Shown here piece after piece: positions 1 to 9,196 of a stretch of 20,000 nucleotides of DNA. Every line of letters begins with the position of its first letter. Position 1 is the first letter of the stretch. The stretch is from Folioceros fuciformis (Eukaryota): positions 61,403-81,402 of the forward strand of contig JBNGIO010003970.1 in NCBI GenBank assembly GCA_049999805.1, read 5' to 3'. The notes beneath the pieces are model-generated. The model saw nothing but the letters and a program-made list of their open reading frames with translations, did not search any database and was not told where the DNA came from. The position numbers and the translations under genes were made by a program.

Positions 1-1219
1 AGCTCATTTGCCTCTTCATTATGCCAATGTAAAGGCATAGTAAAGACCAATGTCAGACACAACAACAAGGCTCCAAATCAAAAACTGCTAATCTCTCCTA
101 CAATATCATAACTAATAACCTAGAAGGCCTACAATCAACAGCAACAAAAGCTTGTCAATGAAGAAGTGGCATCACATATTGTTGTTGCCATTTCTATGTT
201 GTATTGATAGCCAATTGTTGATGCCCTTAAGGATTGTTGCTACAAGTGCAATAAGTTGGCTAGTAATGGACATCCATTGCTCACAAAGAAAAGGTCTAGT
301 TAAGTTCAATGTCTCTCATTATAGTGTCTAAGTAGCCTGTGTCTCTTCTCGATTGTATTGTGTGCTCATGATCCCTAATTGCAACATTGTCACCTTCTCC
401 AGCTTTGTTGTTGTTGTTTGTAGAATGACATGTGTATTGTCTAATAGTGAGCTAGTGAATGTATCATCTAGAGTCCTGAAAAGTGTGTGTAGCAGAAGGA
501 GAAGGAGGGACTAGAGTGAAGGTTCATAAGTACTCTCTTATGCAATAAAGGCACAATTTCATTCCCTTACTATTGACATCCACAAGGTTATGGGCAAGGT
601 TTCTCTAAGTTCCTTAAGGTTTATGCTAGAAGTCCCATAATCATAGGAGCAAGATAGGTCTCACTGTTTGTTTCATGTAGTAACTGATCTAAGAGTAGGA
701 AGCTTGATCTTGAGTTCTCATCAACTTATGTCCATATGGGCCTAAAGTAGGTCCTTGAGCTCATATCTTGAACTCTGAAATTATAAGTGAAGTAACAAGC
801 TATGTGACTAAAGATAAGGAGGTTAGTCCATTGGCTTTTTCATAGTCTCCACAGATGGGGTTTTCTTTAAAATAAAGGCACTCACTCCATTCCTTTTTCT
901 TAAAGCTCTTGTCTCGAGGAGGAGTTCCTGCCACATTCGTCTCTGTACTCCCTATCTCATCATTACTGTGTTGAGCTCAAACTTTTCCCAATATTTAAGA
1001 TTTAATTTAACTTTAACAGTGGTTGTTTAGATATGATGATATAATAGAGGTTACTATTAACTTGAGTACATAGTATTTCAGGAACGCCTGACTTCGAATC
1101 GCTCTCGGTTTCAGTCCTTGATCTGGGGTTCAGGGCTGGGTGGTGACGAAAGCAATACCACAGGATACAAGCCCGGCTGGCGCGAACAGGAGCTCAGACA
1201 CCACGGGAGATCGGAAATC

Positions 1220-2408
1220 ATGGGGAAGCAAAATGGCGAGCTCCTGGTGGAATTATTCGGGAAGGCAAGCAGGGCCGCGGAGAAAGCTGCGGGAGAGGGA
1301 TCTGCAGCGAATTCGGAGGAAGAGCGCTGCGTGGATGCGTTGAAAGCTATGAAATCCGTGTCGGTGACCACTTCAGTTCTGGTTGACACGCAGGTATTGC
1401 GGGTGGCCATTTTTTTTCCTAGGCTGCTGCTTCTGTCCAGCTAAATTCTGTCCTCTGCTGCTCCTCCGTGTTGCAGCAATTGCGATGAGCGCATTGGTTT
1501 TCTTTGTTTTGTTTTGTTTTGTTTTTTTTCTCTTGCCAGGGCTCTGCGTTTCGTAGGGTTTCTGGTGTGATGGCGGGCGAGAGATTTTTGGATACCTGTT
1601 TGTGTGCTTTATGTGGTCGTGTTTGAGGTTGTTCATTTGTGCAGCTCGTGCATGGCAGGTTGGCAGGGAGCTGAAGAAACTGGCCAAGCACAAAAGGCCT
1701 AAAATCGCGGCAATGGCCCAGTCGGTGGTGAACGAGTGGAGGAGAATCATCGCCTCTGAAAAAACAGAGAAGAAGGGCTCTCCAGGCGTGCCCGGGACCA
1801 CCAACAACTCAAAATCTTCCATCTCTTTGTCCGATTCGAAGCCTACTGATACGCTTGCGGCCAAGGTGAAGCCCAAGATTGTGAAGACTGGCAGTGAGTC
1901 ACGGGACAAATTGCAGGAGCTGTTAATGGAGGCACTTCTGAAGGTGTCCGATGAGGTAGACCCGGAAGTCCGTGAGGTTGCAGAGAAAAGGGATGTGGCC
2001 AAGGTTGCTGGTGATGTCGAGAGGGCCATGTTTGGGAAGCTGGGGCTGTCTACAGGGGTGAACAAGGCTAAGATCCGCTCCATAATGTTCAACTTGAAGG
2101 ATCCCAAGAACCCGGATCTCAGAAGAAGGGTACTGTTAGGGGAAATCCAGGCCGAGCAGCTGGTGACCATGAGTGCGGAAGACATGGCAAGTGATCAGAG
2201 GAAGCTTGAAAACGGGAGAATAAAAGAGAAGGCATTGTTCGAGTGTGAACGGGGGCTGAAGCAGGCAGCCTCCACGGATCAATTCAAGTGTGGCAAGTGC
2301 GGACAGAGGAAAACCACATATTTCCAGATGCAGACCCGAAGTGCTGACGAGCCCATGACAACGTTCGTGACGTGTGTGAACTGCAACAACCATTGGAAGT
2401 TCTGCTGA
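1220..2408 (+). CDS. TFIIS: Transcription elongation factor S-II (TFIIS), 2 exons: 1220-1393, 1659-2408; 307 aa
   Basis: ATG at 1220 starts MGKQNGELLVELFGKASRAAE...CVDALKAMKSVSVTTSVLVDTQ. A GT..AG phase-0 intron (1394-1658) joins it to VGRELKKLAKH (plant TFIIS domain I). The central domain has RSIMFNLKDPKNPDLRRRVLLGEI. The C-terminal zinc ribbon is CGKC...QMQTRSADEPMTTFVTCVNC with the acidic DE hairpin intact. TGA ends at 2408. Confidence 0.97.
1502..1529. repeat. (TTTTG)n / poly-T microsatellite in the TFIIS intron
   Basis: ctttgttttgttttgttttgtttttttt read directly. Confidence 0.85.
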
Positions 2409-2843
2409 AAGCTTGGACTGCCTGCAGCGTGCGGCCTATGCCGCGAAGATACGGGGCATTCATATCCGATGCCGGGCCGTCAATCGGAACGCCACATCGT
2501 CCAGGTCTGTTGCTGGAATGGAGTGTGTGGGCTTGTGGGTAGCGGGATAGTGGAAAGAAGCATCAAGATGCTTGTGTTTTAGTCTGGTAGATTTGCTGAT
2601 GTGGGAGTGACAGGCGCAGGCAGGCAGTCAAGCTGGCGGTGATAGCGTTCCTTGATAGTTGCTGCTCTTGCTGGCGCCTTCACTCAATTGTACACTAAAC
2701 TGGTCGACTAAGTTCTCGACTAGGTACTCTCGCCCTGGTGCCTCATATTCTTGGCCCCTCTTACTTCAATCTGGTCTGTCAATCTCTCTGTTCTTCCCTT
2801 CGTGAGCAGGCGGAGACCAGACCCCTCTGGTTCCTCTCCTCTC

Positions 2844-4687
2844 ATGGCGGCTCGTTGCCCGGCTTGGACAACCGCGGCCGTCATCTTGCGCCAAAGTAGC
2901 CACTGCCTTGCCACCACATCCCGGCCATCTCTCTCGCTGCCGGCCCGACGGGTTCGACTCCAGACCTTAAGGGCAAGGGTTAGTCGGAGCGGGAGGCGAA
3001 GCCGGAGTCTAGGCGACACTTATTTCCAAGAATACGAGGATGCCTTAGAGGGCATGGATCTGGCGAAAGCCCTTGAGCTGCTGGATGCCGCACGGCCCGA
3101 CGCGTCTGGGGCCCGGGCGCAGGAGGAGGGAGGTACTCTTGCAGTCTGGGGCTGTGCCGTCGCTGGAAACGACAGTGGTAGTAGAGTGGACTGACCCGGA
3201 AGCGGGGTGGTGTGATTGATCGTGTATTGTGTGTCCAGAAGTTGTGGTCATGGCATTGCCTAGCGGGACACCATCTGTATCGCCAGGCCAGCAGCAGTTT
3301 CTCAGACTTCTAAATACCTGTCTCAGCACTTCGGACCTCACGTTGGTAGCCAAAGCCTACAATTGGCTGAATGTGAGGGGATTACTTCCGAATTTTGGCC
3401 GGTACAAGGACCGGGGTGAGGGGCAGCTGAACCTGGATATAATCGTTGGTATAGATTTTGAGTTCTTTCCCCATTCTCACTTTGCTGTTGGTAATCGCAC
3501 AGCACAGCTTCAGAGGGTGAACGCGTGGTGACGCCTGCCGTGTTGATGGCCGCGACTGGGTTGGAAGGTGCCCTCCTCACTTTTTTCTTTCTACCTATGC
3601 GGTTGCGGATTCCGTTTTCCATTTTACTCATGCCAGGCTTTGGGCACTGCTGTTGAGTGGCAGCTTCTAAGCTCTCCCCCAAGAAGTGGGGCCTGTCAGG
3701 AGTCTCGGCCACCGTCTTATTTGCTTCGCTGGCCCTTTTCTCCTTCGCTGTGGACAATCACCTGGAAATTCGGCCCACCATTCTATTGTTGATGTCCCTG
3801 GGTTTGGCAGATGCGATTTACCTTGGGGGCACTGGCTACGGACAGGTTTTGAGTCTCTTTCCTGCTTATAGGGAAAGAATACTTGTTCATGAAGCAGGCC
3901 ATGTTCTTGCTGGTACGGCTATCTGCGACTATCTCCGTGTGATGCATCACCACAGTGGCATGTGCTCTTCTGGGTGAACATGTTCTGATTGGAGGAGGTT
4001 GGGTTACAGCGTACTTCCTTGGTTGTCCAGTTCGAGGAGTGATTCTGGATGCAATGCAGGCCCTGAAAATGGGCATTCAAGGTCAGGTATGGAACAGGGC
4101 ACTTCCTTGGGCGGTGCAGTGAGAATGGCAGGGAGACCCGGTCGACTGAGCTTGAACAGAATTGTGGTGCAGGCTGGGACGCAATTCTGGGATTCGTCAC
4201 TAGAAGAGGAGTTGAAACAGAACCGTATCACAAGTGCATCGTTGGATAGGTGAGACTGCCTTGCAGAATCTTCAAGCTTGGATGCAGCAACTCACTGCTT
4301 TGCCCGTACCTGTCTGTACCAGGTACTGTATTGTCATATTTGCTGGAATAGCTGCGGAAGCGATGGTGTATGGAGAGGCTGAAGGTGGCGAGAGTGACGA
4401 AAACATGTTCAAGGCCGTCGTTTCTCAACTGAAGCCCTCCTGGTCACCTGCACAGGTTTCCTACCCGTGAAGCGCGCTAAATTCAGCTCTCCCGCTAACA
4501 AGACTCACTTGTTCTTACTTTGCATGTCCGCATGATCCAGATGTCCAACCAAGCTCGATGGGCAGTCATACAAGCCTTGCGAATTTTGAAGGAACAGAGA
4601 GCGGCGCATGAGGCAGTTGTGGAAGCACTCAGGAGAAATTTGAGCCTCGCCTCCGTTATTCGGGCCCTCGAAGCAGCGGCTGTGTGA
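2844..4687 (+). CDS. VIR3: Chloroplast putative zinc metalloprotease (FtsH/M41-like protease region, no ATPase), VIRESCENT3-like; 8 exons: 2844-3132, 3239-3415, 3508-3567, 3664-3912, 4010-4086, 4173-4249, 4323-4455, 4541-4687
   Basis: The Arg/Ser-rich N-terminus resembles a transit peptide. The spliced product has EYEDAL..DLAKAL, RGLLPNFG, VTPAVL..ATGLE, KLSPKKWGLSG, RILVHEAGH (HExxH, 3888-3902), GCPVRGVILD, GIQGQAGTQFWD, FAGIAAEAMVYGEAEGGESDEN and MSNQARWAV. These match my recollection of Arabidopsis At1g56180/VIR3. All introns are GT-AG and frame-consistent; the exon 3 acceptor could alternatively be 3514. Confidence 0.9.
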
Positions 4688-4921
4688 AGAAAATTGTAAT
4701 GGCCTTTGCTGTTTGCGATAAAGAGGAGTGCGCGATCCTGAAACACGAGAATTACTTGCTTGAGACTTTGATGCAGGGTAATTTTCATTTCCTATGTACA
4801 ACTATCTGCTTAGGGCTACGAGCCAAACTATGTGAGCCTGCCCCTAGAGCTGTCCGTTGTGACCGTATGTTGCAATGGTTGACAACTCAGATGCACATGT
4901 CCCGAGCACAAAGCTATCAAG

Positions 4922-7919
4922 TCAGAGTTGCAGGTTCACACTGAGCCTTGAAACCAAAACCAGCATCACCAGCAAATTCCTTGAGACAAGCAGTCTAAAT
5001 GATGCGAAGGGCACAAGACCAGCCATTACAGGAATGAAGAACACTAGGCTAAAGTGAAAAAGGAGGCGCCGAAGCCATAGAAATTGACACCTTCTCGGCA
5101 CTAACCCCTCGCGACGAGTACAACGTCCATTTAAACAACGATACAACAGCGGGGTATAGCAACTGGCAAACGCATGCAACAGACAAAGGCCTTCCCAGAG
5201 TAACAGCCAGTAGAGCCCACTCCCACCGAGGCTGTCCACAGATAACTTACCGGCGAAGCCACAGACCACCCCAAGAACTATCACAATGACTGACACAGGC
5301 ATGGCCACACTGGCACTAGTCACACTCCTTCGCAGAAGGAGGGAAGCCACCAAGGTAATGATCGCTGTTCCAGCAAGCATTCGCCCAGCAACTGTGATTT
5401 CACACATCAATGCCTGAGCATGTCCAGATAATGAATCCACTGCCGACTGATAAATACCAAAGCCCATCCACCCAGAACGACGTCGCACCTGCACACAGTT
5501 CCTGACAATACTAAGCAAACCCCAACTAGCAACGGCTCGCAGAGAAGGAGGGGGAGGAGGAGCATCTGGGGGAAGGGGAAGACACATTCTACGTACCTTA
5601 GCTGTTGGTTGACAGGACGACACCATGATAGAAAGTCTGTCATAGGAGTAATTCCAAGCACCATATGCTAATGCCAGCATCATTACACACAGCCCTGCTA
5701 CCAGCTCGTCTGCACAAGCCTTGCTCAATTCCATATACGCAATTCTCAACTTTCCGTCTTCTATCTCACTTTCCTTCAATAAAGTCCTTCCACGACTCAG
5801 TTCAAGACCTTGCTTCAAGATATCCTTTGTATCTTCACTCACATCTACGTTCCGCCGCATGATTTGATTAGACTCCCTGCTGAGACTCGCATTCCGCTTC
5901 ATGATCTGATTGGCCTCGAAGGACACTTCCAGCTGCTGCTCTTTCAGACTCAGCTGCTTCATCTTGTGCACGATTTCAAAATGCTTGTAATAATTGCGCT
6001 CCTCAAGGGCCTTGGTATTCCTTACAAGAACTTCCAGAATAGCTTCCTCAGTTGATAGTTGAGGAAGTTGAGGCGGGGGTGCCAACGTGAGAGCACCGTC
6101 TAATGTATGCAAACTGTAGGCTGCTCCTGCACTGCCATTTTCTTCCACGATTTCCTCCACGTCACTCATACAATTGGAAAAGCACAATTCCTCATTGTTT
6201 GAACAGCCGCGCTCAGTGTCAGAGACCTTGTCATTAACACCATAGTCGGTCACCGAGGAGGCATCCATGTCCACAGCTTCACCGCAAGCTTCGCGACCTG
6301 TGGTGCGACGTCCACCGGTGACCCATGCTTCTGCAACCTGCTCCTCCACTGGAACAAGAGTCGCCAATCCAGGTACCAGCTTCTGAGAGACACTTCCAAC
6401 CCTTGACATACCTGGCACCATATCTGATTGAAATCCCAGCCTCTCAGCACCATTCGGCTCCATGTCCGCAACTCGCGAAATTGCATGACGCACGCTCCAG
6501 AGTGTAGTAAACGTAGACTTGAAAGTCTGTTTAACATCCTTCACAAAGGGACTGCATGCTGTGCCCATCACCTGTGCATCACCAGCTAGCCCCCTCGCAT
6601 CAGGAGAACATAGGGGTTGTCGAAGAGAAAGGTACGAAGGGGCACGTGAAGAACAAGCTTACATACCGGCAACATCTGTGACTCCATAGCTACTTGCAAA
6701 ATCTGACAGAACGCACCCGAAGAAGGCATTAAGAACCTAAACATAAGTGAGACGGCCATGGCATCAAAGACCTTTGTAGCAGTGCTTGGCTGTACCCACC
6801 TTAGACAGCTGATCCGCAGAAAGTAAAGGGGAGCCGGAGCAGCTGACCTCCAGAATCTGCAGCCAGCGTCATCTTGTTAGCATCGTGGCGTGCTCCTAGC
6901 TATGAACAAGGTCAGGAAGGCCGGAAGAGTACCTCCGCAACAAGAGTCCCAATGGCCATGCCCAACGGAGCCGACAGTGCTCTTAGTGAGACGTTCCCAC
7001 CGACAGACAATGGCTCAGACTCCGGTACCGGCGTTGCTTCCCATGACTCAGAGGTACTCGTGGGCCTCTGCACCCGCTCCTCGTGAGCAGGCTTCGTGTC
7101 ACCATCTCCACCCGCTGTCAAGCTTGGCACGGAGCCCAACACACTCTGGTGGGCTGCTTCACATTCCTCCAACCTGCTCTCATCGGTGACGAGCACCCGA
7201 TCCCCCTTCCAAGCATTCATGAGCAACAGTCCGACAAAGCCGCAGAGCCCGTAAGCCAGAAGGTAAGAAATCCACTGAACTGCTACAGGGTCGTGTGGAG
7301 CATCACAGGTGTCATGCTGATTGCCCAGCGAAAACCCACGTTCATGCCGGCCCTCCACCGTCTGCAGAACACCCTCCACGCCCGACTCCCAGCCGTGTCC
7401 TCCATCACCACGATCTGGCACCGGTACAGCATCAAGGACACAAGTGTCATCCTGAGCGGCCAGCGACAACCCACATTCATGCCCGCTCCCTGCAACTTGC
7501 ACAAGCACCTCTGGCCCCGCCTGACACTCGCTGTCTACTGGGTCCAGTGCAGCATCCTGGGCAGAGGTGTCATCCTGGCCATCCACCTCCGGGCCAAATT
7601 CGAACGCGTCACGTGCCGCAACGAGACCCAGCTGCCCCTCCCACTTGGTTCCTGCGCTGCAGTCCACTACTGGGGCTCCCCCGCTCCGGCCTGGCAGCTC
7701 CTGTTCCTCCGCCGGGTTCAATTCCTGCTCGACACAAGCAAGCCATCGATCCAACGTGGTGCCATCCTGGCTGCTGTCCAGACAGGGAGAGATTTTGCGG
7801 AAATCCAACTGCAGCTCAAGCGAAGCACAAGACGGGGCTGGACAGGGCAGAAACAGACACAACAGCAGCAGAAGCAACGGCGGCGGGGATGGCTGCCGCA
7901 TTGCTGCTGCGGGAGCCAC
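4922..7919 (-). CDS. CPR5: CPR5-like nuclear-envelope membrane protein with an extended N-terminus; 5 exons: 7919-6933, 6856-6800, 6702-6667, 6571-5597, 5488-4922; about 873 aa
   Basis: CPR5 hallmarks are present: ALSAPLGMAIGTLVAE|ILEVSCSGSPLLSADQLSK|ILQVAMESQMLP|VMG..FVKDVKQTFKSTFTTL (LPLGM block plus two micro-exons), the coiled coil KMKQLSLKEQQL, and the C-terminal TM region ELSKACADELVAGL, LLLRRSVTSASVAMPVSVIVIVLGVVCGFAGKLSVDSLGGSG..WLLLWEGLCLLH, AGLVPFAS. All introns are GT-AG in phase 0. The start at 7919 is less certain than the rest of the model. Confidence 0.9.
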
Positions 7920-8416
7920 TTACCCGTGCATTCGAACTCTACGTACATGTATGTATCCGGACACCTGCACTTTGGTTAACCTACGCAGCGAACATACGGG
8001 CGCCCATGTACCACAGGCCCACCTGGTAGACGCCACGCAGTATGTATACCTATACATTTTGCTGGCATTGAAAGCAGACGTGGAAATACCGCCTACATAC
8101 ATACGACGCATATACGTAATTGTAATAATAATATGCCGTTATTGTATACGGTGCCACATAAATAAGCGCAACGGAAGAAACATGGTCGCAAGTGCAGAGT
8201 CGACTTGCCACGATCTGGGACCGCCTGCTTGATGCTTCTGCCCCTGCAATTCTCGTTTGTGGGAGGACCAAAGAGCTCAGGCAGGATTGGGGCGACGGAA
8301 AGCGGGAGAACAGGGGGTTTGGGATGCGAGAGCCCGTTCGTTGGGTGTCAGCTGGGAGGGATATGGGCAGCCGGGGTGTCAATCAGGCCGGCTCTTGAAC
8401 ACGCTTGGGGGGCATC

Positions 8417-8921
8417 ATGGCTGCTCTGCTCAAGAAATTCTTTGCTCACTTCGGCTCCAAGAAGTCAGGGAGTGATTCCAAGGAGACAGGGAAAGCAGGT
8501 GTCTCTTCCGGTGTTGGAGGCTCCGCCAAGGTAGCAGCTGCAGGGCAAGCTCACGGGCCGGTGGTGCGTCAATGCCAGGCTGGGAGCGGTGGTGTTCAGG
8601 TCGGCCTTTTGCAAACTTGTGCAAACCTTTATCTCACGCCCCGTCTGCTTTTACCTCTCCTCACATGTCGAGTCGTTTCTGGACTGGAGCGTGCAGGGTT
8701 TCACGTGGTACGTGGAGAGACTTTGTGCGGACGACGATGGGGATGTTGCTCAAGAGTTTTGGAAGGAGGTGGCTGTTGCTCGCAACCTTGCCCCCTCCCA
8801 ACCTACATTAGAGACTGTTTTGAGAACGAAGCCTGTTAAGTTGCGAGGGCCAGTGCTCATACACGGGGGTAATGTTCACCAATGCGTGGAGATTGCGAAG
8901 GGGGTTGTCATGTGGGCATGA
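8417..8921 (+). CDS. Small conserved plant protein of unknown function, 2 exons: 8417-8599, 8697-8921; 135 aa
   Basis: MAALLKKFFAHFG...GPVVRQCQAGSGGVQ is joined by a GT-AG intron (8600-8696) to GFTWYVERLCADDDGDVAQEFWKEV...TKPVKLRGPVLIHGGNVHQCVEIAKGVVMWA*. The GGVQGxxWY..L..D.DGDVA.EF..EV and QCVE motifs match a land-plant hypothetical-protein family as I recall it. Confidence 0.82.
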
Positions 8922-9196
8922 GAGGAAGCAGAGGAAGCATGTTTCAGTTAGGCTTTGTAAAGATGACAGGCCGCCAATCAATTTGCGATTGAGAGCGGGG
9001 GTCTTGTGTGTGACTGGTTTCTACAAGCTCTCACTCAATAGCGAGAGATACGAGGTTACACGGCTCACACTGCTCCTCTTTTCATCGACATGTGTCAGTC
9101 ATCTACAGAATAGGTAACATGGATATAATTTATGCACAATCCTGGTTTAGGACCAGGGCGACACAACAGTGACAACAAACCCAGCGCAATTGTGTG

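Noticed and set aside
1373-2185. 270-aa minus-strand ORF
   Set aside because: Antisense to TFIIS exon 2 and its intron, with no domain signal.
2751-2843. Non-ATG upstream starts in the ORF track (also 1118, 1602, 6571, 8405)
   Set aside because: These are bacterial-style TTG/GTG starts. In this eukaryotic context they correspond to UTR, intron or internal exon sequence.
7083-8232. Long plus-strand ORFs (298, 244 and 221 aa)
   Set aside because: These are antisense shadows of the GC-rich CPR5 exon 1, with no recognisable motifs.
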